DNA of 64,000 nt from an uncultured delta proteobacterium (GCA_963842085.1 CAWJET010000001.1:2048001-2112000); one strand, 5' to 3'. Counted from the stretch's first letter, positions 38,435 through 48,601 are shown. Notes: a model not told the origin generated them from the sequence alone. Made by a program: numbers and translations.

Positions 38435-40813
38435 ATGGCCACCTCGCCCAAAGATACATCGCAGCAGACCGGGCCGCTCGCGGCCGGCACCGTGCTGCAG
38501 GGCCGCTACGCGATCGCGCGGCTGCTCGGCGGCGGCGGGATGGGGATGGTCTACCTCGCGCATGACCAGCGCCTGGCCAATCGCCCGTGCGCGATCAAGG
38601 AGATGGTCGATCACTTTATCGACCAGGCGCAGCGGATCGAGGCCAACGAGTATTTCGCGCGCGAAGCCGACACGCTCGCGCAACTGAAGCATCAGGCGAT
38701 TCCCGCGATCACCGACCGCTTCGAACTCGCCAATCGCCATTACCTGGTGATGGAGTACGTCGAGGGGCGCAACCTCGAGGAGGAACTCGCCGCGCGCGGC
38801 GAGCCGCTGCCCGAGGGCCTGGTGATCGACATCGCGCGCCAGCTGTGCGACGTGCTCGCGTATCTGCACGGGCTCACGCCGCCGATAATTTATCGCGACA
38901 TGAAGCCGTCCAACGTGATGGTCAATTCGAACGGGCGGGTGGTGCTGGTGGACTTTGGGATCGCGCGGCTGTTCAAGGCGGCGCGCAAGGGCACGATGAT
39001 CGGCACGCTCGGCTTCGCGCCGCCGGAGCAGTACCAGGGCCTGGTCGATCCGCGCAGCGACATCTACTCGCTGGGTGCGACGCTGCATTACGTGCTGACG
39101 GGCCGCGACCCCGAAAAGTTCCCGCCCTTCAGTTTTCCGCCGGTGCGCGACCTGCGTCCGGGCGCGTCGAGCAACCTGGCGGGCGCTATCGACGCTGCCC
39201 TGGCATACGAGGTGGACGGGCGGCCGGGGACCATCCAGGAATTTCGCGACATGATGCTCTACGGGCGCGGCCTCACGCTCGACGGCGCTCGCGTCAGCTC
39301 GACCAGCGGAACCGGCGGCCTGTCGCAGTACCAGGAACAACTCGAGTTTGAGGACGAGCCGGTCGTTCCTCGCAAGCCGCGCAGCGCGCTGGGCCGTTCG
39401 ATCGGTCTGGCGATCTTCCTGATGGTGTTGGCGGGGGCCGCGTTCGGCGGGACCTACCTTTATTCAGATCCGGCACTGCAGCTGCGGCTCGGGCTCAAGC
39501 CGCTGTTCGACGGACTGCCGTGGAAGCATGAGGAGTTGCTGGCCAAGGCGCGCGAGAATCCGCTCGAATTTTCCCAGATGACGCTGGCGCTTTCGACGCG
39601 CGAGGGCACCGCCCTGGCGCCGCCGCAATCGCAATTCAAGGACACCGATCTGACCAACGCGCGCTACCTGAAGTGGACCGCGACCTTCAAAAACCTGCTC
39701 GCCGGACTGGAAGGGCGCGATGAAAAAGTCGAGGCGCGCTTTTACGATCCGAACGGACTTCAGATAGCGTCCAGCGACACGAATATGTTTATCGGGCCGG
39801 CGCAGAAAACCGCCGACTTCAGCGGCGTGGCGTTGATGCCGACCATGACCGACAAGCCCGCCGGCACCTACAAAGTGGCGCTCTACTCGAACGACAAGAT
39901 GCTCGCGCAGGAAGGCTTCCAGGTTAACCAGGACGTTAGCGCGAGGAACGCAGCGGCGGCGTCCGCGGCGGCGGCTGCGGCGGCCGCGAAGGAAGAGGAG
40001 CGCAAGCGCGAAGAGGAAGCGCGCAAGCTCGCAATGATCGACGAGCGCCGCGCCAAGCCGCTGCAGCTCCGCAGTATCACCTTTCTCAACACTACCAAGA
40101 CCGGAACCGCACTGTCTGGCGCGACCGACTCTTTCGACGTATCGAAGGTGCTGTTCGTCGGCTGGGAAGTCAGCTTCGAGAACCGGCTTTACAAGCTGGA
40201 GCCCGGCCAATACCGCGTCGATGCGGCGTATATCGGGCCGGACGGCCGCACGCTGGGCAGCGTCAACGATTATCAGCCCGTCTCGCCCAGCATGAAAACG
40301 GTGACGTTTAGCGGACGCGTCGGCAACTCGCGCGGCGGCGCGTTTTTGCCGGGGACGTACACGGTTAATTTTTATCTGAACGGCCAATATTTCGACGCGA
40401 AGAGATTTGAGGTGGTGGCCGACGCGGGTGGCAGTCCGTCCGCGACGTACCCGGGCGGCGGCGGCGCAATCGGCAGCTCGATGGGCGGCAGCAGTTCGGG
40501 CTCCAGCATGCTGGGGCCGACGATCGCCACCGGCACCATCAGCGGTCTTCGCAGCGGCGGTAATCCCGAGATGGAGCTTAGGCTGCGTCCGCAGCCCAAC
40601 GGCTTCCTGCACGGCGAGCTCGTCATCCGTCAGTCAGGCTTCGGGATGACGCCGATCGAAGGATTCGTGCGCGGCAACCACCTGCAATTCCAGGTCCCAT
40701 ACGGCACCGAGACGTACTACTTCGAAGGCGCGCGCAGGAACGATCAGATCAGCGGCACTTTCGAATCGACGCCGTCGGGAGAGCGCGGCACCTGGGTCAC
40801 AACGGCGAACTAA
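38435..40813 (+). CDS. Membrane-anchored Ser/Thr kinase with large extracytoplasmic region
   Basis: GGGGMG, AIKE, YRDMKPSN, DFG; TM segment IGLAIFLMVLAGAAFGGTYL; two similar beta-rich domains follow. Confidence 0.95.
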   Translation: MATSPKDTSQQTGPLAAGTVLQGRYAIARLLGGGGMGMVYLAHDQRLANRPCAIKEMVDHFIDQAQRIEANEYFAREADTLAQLKHQAIPAITDRFELANRHYLVMEYVEGRNLEEELAARGEPLPEGLVIDIARQLCDVLAYLHGLTPPIIYRDMKPSNVMVNSNGRVVLVDFGIARLFKAARKGTMIGTLGFAPPEQYQGLVDPRSDIYSLGATLHYVLTGRDPEKFPPFSFPPVRDLRPGASSNLAGAIDAALAYEVDGRPGTIQEFRDMMLYGRGLTLDGARVSSTSGTGGLSQYQEQLEFEDEPVVPRKPRSALGRSIGLAIFLMVLAGAAFGGTYLYSDPALQLRLGLKPLFDGLPWKHEELLAKARENPLEFSQMTLALSTREGTALAPPQSQFKDTDLTNARYLKWTATFKNLLAGLEGRDEKVEARFYDPNGLQIASSDTNMFIGPAQKTADFSGVALMPTMTDKPAGTYKVALYSNDKMLAQEGFQVNQDVSARNAAAASAAAAAAAAKEEERKREEEARKLAMIDERRAKPLQLRSITFLNTTKTGTALSGATDSFDVSKVLFVGWEVSFENRLYKLEPGQYRVDAAYIGPDGRTLGSVNDYQPVSPSMKTVTFSGRVGNSRGGAFLPGTYTVNFYLNGQYFDAKRFEVVADAGGSPSATYPGGGGAIGSSMGGSSSGSSMLGPTIATGTISGLRSGGNPEMELRLRPQPNGFLHGELVIRQSGFGMTPIEGFVRGNHLQFQVPYGTETYYFEGARRNDQISGTFESTPSGERGTWVTTAN

Positions 40814-40817
40814 TAAC

Positions 40818-41210
40818 TTGGACCTGCTCGACGAAGCGGGAATCCCGCAGCCGAAACCGCCGATTATCACCGCCGAGGATCGCGCCGAACTGGCCAGCAT
40901 TGCGCTCGCGCAGCGGCAGTTCTATTACGTGAGCGCGTTTTTTGCGGGATTGGCGGCGGGCGCGGCAATCGCGTACTCCATCGGCTACACCGATGAAGTT
41001 TTCACCATCTTCAAATGGTCCCTTTCAGGAACCGGAATTGCGCTGATCCTGAGCGCGCTCAACATTGGCAAGCTTTATTCATTCAAATGCCCGCGATGCG
41101 GCGAGGTTTACTTCGCGGGAGTCGGCGCGCCGTGGGGAGTCTTCTCGAAGCAATGCGGCACGTGCGGGTTGCCGCTCAATCTGCCCGCCGAGGCGGCATT
41201 GACGCTGTGA
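40818..41210 (+). CDS. Two-TM protein with C-terminal Zn ribbon
   Basis: CPRCG...CGTCG; TTG start 4 bp after the kinase stop. Confidence 0.75.
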   Translation: MDLLDEAGIPQPKPPIITAEDRAELASIALAQRQFYYVSAFFAGLAAGAAIAYSIGYTDEVFTIFKWSLSGTGIALILSALNIGKLYSFKCPRCGEVYFAGVGAPWGVFSKQCGTCGLPLNLPAEAALTL

Positions 41211-41305
41211 AGCCACCTCCCGGGCCTCGACGATCCTCGCGTCCCCAGATTTGTGCTTGAACCTGACCCAAGCACGCGCAATGCTGAGAGTGAAAAAATT
41301 GCATC

Positions 41306-42175
41306 ATGGCGAGTAACGTTTCCCAGGAGAAGCTTCTGTTCTACGCGGCCGCCGGCGCGCTTGGCGGCTTCGCCGCGTGGGGGCTCTCGGAGCCAATCCT
41401 CGGCATCCGCTGGGTCTATGGCCGCGATATCTTGTTCGGCGCGCTGATCGGCGCACTGATCAGCGCGTTTCTCGCCTCGATCGAGACACTCAGCGTAGGC
41501 CAGATTCGCCAGGCAGCGCGCCGATTCATCGTCGGCGGGGTTATCGGCGCGGCCGGCGGAGCGTTGGGGCTACTCGTCGGCGAATTTGCGTTCGACATCC
41601 TGGGCGGGCTCAACGGCCGCATCCTGGGATGGGGCGTGCTTGGAATCGCGGTCGGACTCGGCGTGGGTTCGGCGTCGGGATCGGCGGCGCGGCGGCGCAA
41701 TGGCGCGATCGGCGGCGTGCTGGGCGGAGCGCTCGGCGGATTTTTCTACCAGAGCCTGACGACCACCTTTCCGCAAGCGTTCGGACGTGCGATCGCGATC
41801 ATCATCCTGGGCGCGCTGATCGGATTCTTCATCGGACTGGTCGGCGAGCTGCTCAAGCGCGGCTGGCTGATGGTCGTGCGCAGCCAGAGCCGCAACGCGC
41901 GCGAGGGCCGCGAGTATCCGCTGCTCAAGGGCGTGACTATCATCGGCCGCGCCGAGGAAAGCGACATCGGGCTGTTCGGCGATAAGTCCGTGCTCGGTAG
42001 TCATGCGATCATCCGGCGCGAGGGCAAGAATTTCATCATCAGTCCGACCGGCGGCCAGATATTCGTGAATCGACAGCCGGTAGCGGGCCGCTATGCGCTC
42101 AAGAGCGGCGATCGGCTCGAGGTGGGCGGCACGCTGTTTCTCTTCCGCGAGCGGGCCCAGGCGGCGAATCGATAA
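41306..42175 (+). CDS. Gly-rich multi-TM protein with degenerate C-terminal FHA domain
   Basis: About six GxxxG-rich helices; IIGR...HA...LKSGDRLEVG. Confidence 0.85.
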   Translation: MASNVSQEKLLFYAAAGALGGFAAWGLSEPILGIRWVYGRDILFGALIGALISAFLASIETLSVGQIRQAARRFIVGGVIGAAGGALGLLVGEFAFDILGGLNGRILGWGVLGIAVGLGVGSASGSAARRRNGAIGGVLGGALGGFFYQSLTTTFPQAFGRAIAIIILGALIGFFIGLVGELLKRGWLMVVRSQSRNAREGREYPLLKGVTIIGRAEESDIGLFGDKSVLGSHAIIRREGKNFIISPTGGQIFVNRQPVAGRYALKSGDRLEVGGTLFLFRERAQAANR

Positions 42176-42190
42176 GAGGCGCGGCAGATC

Positions 42191-42958
42191 GTGGGGAGCC
42201 TGCACACCTGCCGAATCGCGCTCCTCATCACGATCGCTTCGATTCTAACTTCGATGCTCGCGGGATGTTCGAGCGTCAATGAAGGCGGCGGCACGGCTGC
42301 GGCACCTACGACGTCGGTTCAGACGCTCGAGTATTACCCGTACCAGGTCAAGGGATACCAAAACAGTTATCCCAAAAAGACCATCCTGATTCTGATGCCG
42401 GCCGACGCGCGTGATGTGACCCGCGACGCCGCGCCGCTCAACGGCAATCCGGCGATCGGAGTTATCGTCGATCAATCGGGCAACGTCACTGAACGCCTGT
42501 ACAGCTCATCGCTTGGCCCGATCCTGCAGCAAGCGATCGGGCGCTCGGCGGACGAGGCGGGGTTGAGCGCGTCGTCGTCTACCGAGGTCACCTATAAGCC
42601 TGGCGTCACGGAGAAAACCGAGTATGTACTCGAGAGCAAGATTCGGCGCTGCTGGGTGAAGAAGGCCCGCGGCGCTGACGGTCAGTACGGTCCCATCTGG
42701 CGGACGATCGCGGACTTTGCGCTCGACGTCTCGATCTACAAGCCGCCGTTCAGCGTTCCGTTCTGGACCGGCAGCACCAACGATACCTACTACGACCCGC
42801 CGGTCGGCTCGTTCGGTCTCGGTTCAGAGGACGAAGCGGGCATTTACGACGAACCGGGGCAGGATTTGTCGGTCGCGCTGACGCGCACGGTGGCCGCGAT
42901 CTTCCAGCGCCAGGACTTGCGCAATCTGGTGCTTGAAGACGACATCAAATCCCGCTAA
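42191..42958 (+). CDS. Predicted lipoprotein
   Basis: Signal peptide with LAGC lipobox. Confidence 0.8.
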   Translation: MGSLHTCRIALLITIASILTSMLAGCSSVNEGGGTAAAPTTSVQTLEYYPYQVKGYQNSYPKKTILILMPADARDVTRDAAPLNGNPAIGVIVDQSGNVTERLYSSSLGPILQQAIGRSADEAGLSASSSTEVTYKPGVTEKTEYVLESKIRRCWVKKARGADGQYGPIWRTIADFALDVSIYKPPFSVPFWTGSTNDTYYDPPVGSFGLGSEDEAGIYDEPGQDLSVALTRTVAAIFQRQDLRNLVLEDDIKSR

Positions 42959-43119
42959 GCGCTTGGTTCCGGGGCGCGGTCTTTGAACAATCGATATGTT
43001 GGAATAGCCTAGGCAGAGCGCCGGATAATCAAATGCCGGAGCGTGCGCGGGAGTTTCCCTCCTGCCGCATGGCTGCGAATCCGGACCGCATCGTCGTCTG
43101 CCAAGAGGAAGCACGTTTG

Positions 43120-44025
43120 ATGGAAATCGGATTCGTTGGTCTCGGCAAAATGGGCATGAACATGGTCGAGCGGCTGCGGCGCGACAATCACCAGATCGTC
43201 GCCTTTGATCTCGACGATGCAAAGCGCAAAGAAGTCTCGACCTTCGGCGCCGACGCCGTCGACTCGCTCAAGGACCTGGTCGCCAGGCTCGCGCCGCCGC
43301 GGGGCGTGTGGGTGATGGTGCCGGCGGGCGAGCCGACCGAGAGCACGATCAACCAACTGGCGGAATTGCTCGAGCCCGGCGACGCGATCATCGATGGTGG
43401 CAACACCAATTTTCACGACGACGTCCGCCGCGCCGCCGTGCTCGCCGCCAGGAAGCTGCATCTCCTCGATGCCGGCACCAGCGGCGGCATCTGGGGACTC
43501 AAGCTCGGTTACTGCCTGATGATCGGCGGCGAGGCGGAAATTTTCAGGCGCTACCAACCGATTTTCGAAACGCTTGCCCCTCCCGGCGGTTACGACCACG
43601 TGGGCGGCCACGGCGCGGGCCATTACGTGAAGATGGTCCACAATGGAATCGAGTACGGGCTGATGCAGGCGTACGCCGAGGGTTTCGAGGCGATGCACGA
43701 GTCGGATTACAAGCTCGACTTGACCAGCATCGCCAACCTGTGGCGAAAGGGCAGCGTCGTGAGATCCTGGCTCCTGGAGCTGACGGCCAACGCGCTGGAA
43801 AAAGATCCGGGGCTCAAGCAAATCCGGGGTTGGGTCGAGGATTCGGGCGAGGGCCGCTGGGCGGTGCAGGACGCAATCGACAAAAGCATCTCGATGCCGG
43901 TAATCACGATGGCGCTGTTCGCGCGCTTTCGCTCCCGCGCCGAAAAGGGCCCGGGAACTTTCGCCGAGAAATTGCTCGCCGCGCTGCGCGACGAGTTCGG
44001 CGGCTACGGCATCGTCAAGGAATAG
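43120..44025 (+). CDS. gnd: 6-phosphogluconate dehydrogenase (decarboxylating, short form)
   Basis: GLGKMG, DGGN, GAGHYVKMVHNGIEYG, DSGEGRW. Confidence 0.96.
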   Translation: MEIGFVGLGKMGMNMVERLRRDNHQIVAFDLDDAKRKEVSTFGADAVDSLKDLVARLAPPRGVWVMVPAGEPTESTINQLAELLEPGDAIIDGGNTNFHDDVRRAAVLAARKLHLLDAGTSGGIWGLKLGYCLMIGGEAEIFRRYQPIFETLAPPGGYDHVGGHGAGHYVKMVHNGIEYGLMQAYAEGFEAMHESDYKLDLTSIANLWRKGSVVRSWLLELTANALEKDPGLKQIRGWVEDSGEGRWAVQDAIDKSISMPVITMALFARFRSRAEKGPGTFAEKLLAALRDEFGGYGIVKE

Positions 44026-44048
44026 AGGGCGAGAGGGTTAAGTTGTTT

Positions 44049-45587
44049 ATGGCCGCGACTGCAGCAAACCGGACTGATTTCAATCACCTTCATCCCATCA
44101 AGGAACGCCATCACTACGATCCGTGCATCGTCGTGATTTTCGGCGGCGCGGGCGACTTGAGCCATCGCAAGCTGATTCCCGCGCTGTACAATCTCTCGAT
44201 CGACGGCGAATTGCCCGACAAGTTCGCGATCCTCGGGTTCTCGATCGAGGATCTCGACGACGAGAAGTATCGCGCGTTCGCGCTCAGCGGCATCGAGCAG
44301 TTCTCGCGCCGCAAGGTCGAGAAAGAACACTGGGCAAAGTTCGCACCCCTGCTGCACTTCAACCGCGGCTCGTTCACCGAGGCCGCCGACTACCAGAACC
44401 TGCGCAAGCGATGCGAAGCGATCGACGCCGAATGCGGCACCGACGGCAACCGCGCTTACTATTTTGCGATTCCGCCGGCATTCATCGAGACCTGCTCGGA
44501 AGGATTGACCGCAGCCGGAATGATTCACCCGCCTGAGAAGGGGCATCCGTTCACGCGTGTCGTGGTCGAAAAGCCGATTGGCTCCGATCTTGCCAGCGCG
44601 TCGGAGATCAACGCCGAGCTCGCGCGCCATTTCGACGAAAGCCAGATTTTCAGAATCGACCACTACCTGGGCAAGGAAACGGTCGAGAACCTGATGGTGT
44701 TGCGGTTCGCCAACGCGATCCTGGAACCTATCTGGACCGCGCGCTTCGTTGACCACGTACAGATCACCGTCGCCGAGGCCGAGGGCGTCGGCACGCGCGC
44801 CGCCTACTACGATCACGCCGGCGCCCTGCGCGACATGGTGCAGAGCCATCTGCTGCAAACCCTTTGCATGATCGCGACCGAGCCGCCCAACACCACCGGC
44901 GCCGAGTCGATGCGTGACGCGAAGCTCGATGTGCTGCGCGCGCTGCGTCCACTTGGCGACGAGGATATCGAGAAATGGGTCGTGCGGGGCCAATACGGCG
45001 AGGGACTAATCGGCAGCGTGCCGGTCAAGGCCTACCGCGGCGAGGAGCACGTCGCGCCGGATTCGCAAGTCGAGACTTTTGTCGCGCTGCGATGCTGGAT
45101 CGACAACTGGCGATGGGCCGGCGTGCCGTTCTACCTGCGCACCGGCAAACGGCTGCCCAAGCGCTCGAGCGAAATCGCGATCTACTTCAACAGCGTGCCC
45201 CGAATCCTGTATAACGCAAACCCACGCGCTCCGCTGGCGCCCAATATGCTGACGATCAGGATTCAACCCGACGAGGGCCTCGCGCTGCACATCATGTCCA
45301 AGGTGCCCGGCTCGCAGACCAAACTCCAGCAGGTCCAGGTCGACTTTCACTACGTGACCTCAACGCCCGAAGCGTACGAGACCCTGCTCAACGACGTGAT
45401 CGTCGGCGACCAGACGCTCTTCATGCGGCGCGACACGGTCGAAGAGGCGTGGAAGTTCGTGCAACCGATCCTGGACGCCTGGGGCCAGTCGCCGATGGAT
45501 CCGCCAATCTACGCGGCGGGGTCGTGGGGACCGCTCGAGGCCGCCCTGATGATCGCCGCTGACGGACGCACCTGGCGAACGCTCTAA
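44049..45587 (+). CDS. zwf: Glucose-6-phosphate 1-dehydrogenase
   Basis: GGAGDLS, EKPIG, RIDHYLGKE, RTGK. Confidence 0.97.
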   Translation: MAATAANRTDFNHLHPIKERHHYDPCIVVIFGGAGDLSHRKLIPALYNLSIDGELPDKFAILGFSIEDLDDEKYRAFALSGIEQFSRRKVEKEHWAKFAPLLHFNRGSFTEAADYQNLRKRCEAIDAECGTDGNRAYYFAIPPAFIETCSEGLTAAGMIHPPEKGHPFTRVVVEKPIGSDLASASEINAELARHFDESQIFRIDHYLGKETVENLMVLRFANAILEPIWTARFVDHVQITVAEAEGVGTRAAYYDHAGALRDMVQSHLLQTLCMIATEPPNTTGAESMRDAKLDVLRALRPLGDEDIEKWVVRGQYGEGLIGSVPVKAYRGEEHVAPDSQVETFVALRCWIDNWRWAGVPFYLRTGKRLPKRSSEIAIYFNSVPRILYNANPRAPLAPNMLTIRIQPDEGLALHIMSKVPGSQTKLQQVQVDFHYVTSTPEAYETLLNDVIVGDQTLFMRRDTVEEAWKFVQPILDAWGQSPMDPPIYAAGSWGPLEAALMIAADGRTWRTL

Positions 45588-45594
45588 GGAGGGA

Positions 45595-46596
45595 ATGCAG
45601 ATGAGCGGCGGCATTACTCTGGCGCGTCATATCAAGACCCAAAGCGCGACGGCGCTGCCGGTCGCGGACCTCGCGCTCATCATGCAGCGCATCGAGTTCA
45701 TCGCCACGCGCATCGCGCGGGAGCTGGCGCTCGCCGGCCACGGCGGGCTCGGCTACACCGGCGAAACCAACGTGCACGGCGAACAGGTCAAGAAGCTCGA
45801 CGAGTTTGGCAACCAGGTTTTCCTCGACGCCTTCGAGCACGGATACCCGGTATGCAGTCTGATCTCTGAGGAAATGGACGAGCCGCATCATTACTCAGTT
45901 GACTGCCGCGATAATAGCTATTGCATACTCTACGATCCTATCGACGGGTCATCTAATACCGACGTAAACGGTTCGCTCGGCACTATCTTCGCCGTTAAGA
46001 AACGTGCACCCGGGCACGGCAAGGCAATCGACGACATCCTGGTGCCGGGAAGCCGGCAGCTAACCGCAGGATACGTCCTGTATGGGCCGGCAACTCAACT
46101 CGTATATAGCGCGGGCGCGGGCGTCGATATCTTCACGCTCGATCGAACGCGCGGCGAGTTCATTCTGTGGAAAGAGAACGTGAAGATGCCGCCGCACGGC
46201 ACTACCTATGCCGTCAACCAGGCGAATGCGGGAAAGTGGCACGAGGGCGCGCGCAAGTTCGTCGCGCATATTACCAGCCGCAAAGACAAACGAACCAGCT
46301 ATTCACTTCGATACTGCGGTGCATTTGTCGCCGACTTCCATCGATGCCTGCTCGAGGGCGGAATATACATGTATCCCGGCGAGGTCGCCGAAGGCGGCAA
46401 TGCCCAGGGCAAGCTCCGCCTGATGTACGAGCTTGCGCCGCTCTCGATGCTCGCCGAGCAGGCGGGCGGCCGCGGCTCGACCGGGGCACAGCGAATTCTC
46501 GACATCGCTGCCACCGCAATCCACGAGCGGCATCCAATTTACATCGGCAGCGCGGAGGAAGTCGCACTCGCCGAGTCGTTCAACGTCGAAGGTTAG
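45595..46596 (+). CDS. fbp: Class 1 fructose-1,6-bisphosphatase
   Basis: NVHGEQVKKLD, SEE, DPIDGSSN, GKLRLMYE. Confidence 0.96.
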   Translation: MQMSGGITLARHIKTQSATALPVADLALIMQRIEFIATRIARELALAGHGGLGYTGETNVHGEQVKKLDEFGNQVFLDAFEHGYPVCSLISEEMDEPHHYSVDCRDNSYCILYDPIDGSSNTDVNGSLGTIFAVKKRAPGHGKAIDDILVPGSRQLTAGYVLYGPATQLVYSAGAGVDIFTLDRTRGEFILWKENVKMPPHGTTYAVNQANAGKWHEGARKFVAHITSRKDKRTSYSLRYCGAFVADFHRCLLEGGIYMYPGEVAEGGNAQGKLRLMYELAPLSMLAEQAGGRGSTGAQRILDIAATAIHERHPIYIGSAEEVALAESFNVEG

Positions 46597-46608
46597 AAAC
46601 GGTTCGCA

Positions 46609-47595
46609 ATGGATGGGCTCATCCTGGCCGGCGATGTCGGTGGAACCAAGACCCATCTCGGTCTGTTCAAGCAAACCGCGGGAACGCTCGAAATCGTGCG
46701 CGAGCATCGCTACGCGACCGCGCAGTTCGACAGCCTCGAGGCGGCATGCGCGGATTTCCTTGGCGCGAGCGTGGCGGTGAATGCCGCCTGCCTCGGCGTG
46801 CCGGGTCCAATAATCGACGGCCGCGCCCAGGCCACCAACGTGGCATGGCAATTGTCCAGCGTTTCGCTGTCGCGCGCTCTCGGCGGCGTGCCGGTTCGCT
46901 TGATTAACGATCTGACGGCGATGGCCTACGGCATGGTTCATCTGAAACCCGCCGAGTTCGTTGTTTTGCATCGCGCGGAAAATCCGCCCGAGCATGGCAA
47001 CATCGGTGTGCTTGCCGCCGGGACCGGTTTGGGCGAATCCGCGCTGGTCTGGGAGGACAACAAATATTACGCGGTGGCGTCCGAGGGCGGGCACAGCGAT
47101 TTCGCGCCGCACGGCGCCGAACAGATCGAGTTGTTGCGGTTTCTGACGGACGAATTCGGACACGTCAGCTATGAGCGCGTCCTCTCGGGTCCGGGCCTGT
47201 GGAACGTCTATAGATTTTTGCGGCGCGAGGGCCACGCCGAAGAGCCAGGTTGGCTGACGGCCCAAATCGCCGCGGGTGACGCGTCGGCCGCCGTGAGCGA
47301 GGCGGCGCTCGAGGGACGCGACCCCGTTTGCGTTCACGCACTGACCATGTTTTGCGATATTTACGGTTCCGAGGCCGCCAACCTGGCGCTCAAGGTTCTG
47401 GCGCTGGGCGGTGTCTTTTTGGGTGGAGGCATTGCGCCGAAAATTTTGCCGATGCTGACCGCGGGTGCGTTCGTGCAAGGATTTTTGTCCAAAGGCAGGC
47501 TGAACGAGATCCTGAAGCGGATCGAAGTCCGTGTCTCGCTCAATCCAGCCGCCGGCCTGCTCGGCGCCGCGCACTGCGCCGCCGCGATGCTGTGA
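46609..47595 (+). CDS. glk: Glucokinase
   Basis: DVGGTKT, LIND, GTGLG, EGGH, ERVLSGPG. Confidence 0.95.
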   Translation: MDGLILAGDVGGTKTHLGLFKQTAGTLEIVREHRYATAQFDSLEAACADFLGASVAVNAACLGVPGPIIDGRAQATNVAWQLSSVSLSRALGGVPVRLINDLTAMAYGMVHLKPAEFVVLHRAENPPEHGNIGVLAAGTGLGESALVWEDNKYYAVASEGGHSDFAPHGAEQIELLRFLTDEFGHVSYERVLSGPGLWNVYRFLRREGHAEEPGWLTAQIAAGDASAAVSEAALEGRDPVCVHALTMFCDIYGSEAANLALKVLALGGVFLGGGIAPKILPMLTAGAFVQGFLSKGRLNEILKRIEVRVSLNPAAGLLGAAHCAAAML

Positions 47596-47644
47596 TATAG
47601 AGGGTGCATACTGGATTGACACTCCCGATCGGAGACAGAGGCAT

Positions 47645-48559
47645 ATGACCAAACGAGTTCGAGAGATTCTGGGCTATTACGATTCCGAAAACGCCGGCGT
47701 GCGCAGCAACCTGGCGCGGATGCTCAACCACGGCAAGCTCGCGGGCACCGGCAAATTCGTGATCCTGCCCGTGGACCAGGGCTTCGAGCATGGCCCGGCG
47801 CGCAGCTTCGCCGTCAATCCGCCCGCCTACGACCCGCGCTATCACTTTCAGCTCGCCATCGACGCCGGATGCAACGCATACGCGGCGCCGCTCGGATTTC
47901 TCGAGGCGGGCGCGGCCGAGTACGCCGGCGAAATTCCGCTCATCCTCAAAGTCAACAGCCACGACGTGCTCAACGAGGAAAAAGATCCGGCGCCCTCGGT
48001 GACCGCCAGCGTCAAGGACGCGCTGCGGCTCGGCGCATCCGCAGTTGGATTGACCATCTACCCCGGCTCGACCCAGGAGAACACGATGTACCAGCACGCG
48101 CGCGAAATCGGCGAAGAGGCCAAGGCCAACGGCCTGCCGCTGGTTATCTGGTCGTACCCGCGCGGCTCCGGTGTCAGCAAGCAGGGCGAGACCGCGCTCG
48201 ACGTGGTTGCGTATGCGGCGCAAATCGCGGCGCAACTCGGTGCGAATATAATCAAAGTCAAGCCGCCCACCGCGTTTATCGAACAGGCCGAAGCCAAGAA
48301 AGCGTACGACGCCAACAAAGTGCCGGTCGAGCCGTTCTCGGCGCGCGTCAAGCATGTCATGCAGTCGGCGTTCGACGGCCGGCGAATCGTGATCTTCTCG
48401 GGTGGCCCCAAGGAGACCGACGAGTCGTTGCTGAATACCGTCCGCGGGATCCATGCGGGCGGCGGCTACGGTTCGATCATCGGCCGCAACAGCTTTCAAC
48501 GTCCGAAGCCTCAAGCGATCGAGCTGCTCGGCAAGGTCATCGACATTTACAGGAGCTGA
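47645..48559 (+). CDS. fbaB: Class I fructose-bisphosphate aldolase
   Basis: ILPVDQGFEHGP, WSYPRG, IIKVK, IIGRNSFQR. Confidence 0.95.
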   Translation: MTKRVREILGYYDSENAGVRSNLARMLNHGKLAGTGKFVILPVDQGFEHGPARSFAVNPPAYDPRYHFQLAIDAGCNAYAAPLGFLEAGAAEYAGEIPLILKVNSHDVLNEEKDPAPSVTASVKDALRLGASAVGLTIYPGSTQENTMYQHAREIGEEAKANGLPLVIWSYPRGSGVSKQGETALDVVAYAAQIAAQLGANIIKVKPPTAFIEQAEAKKAYDANKVPVEPFSARVKHVMQSAFDGRRIVIFSGGPKETDESLLNTVRGIHAGGGYGSIIGRNSFQRPKPQAIELLGKVIDIYRS

Positions 48560-48601
48560 TCAGTCGTCCGCCCAAGGCGCACGAAGGGTGCCAGTGAAAA
48601 A

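Noticed and set aside
43308-44048. N-terminally extended 759-aa Zwf from the ORF track
   Set aside because: The extension overlaps gnd in another frame; the real start is near 44049.
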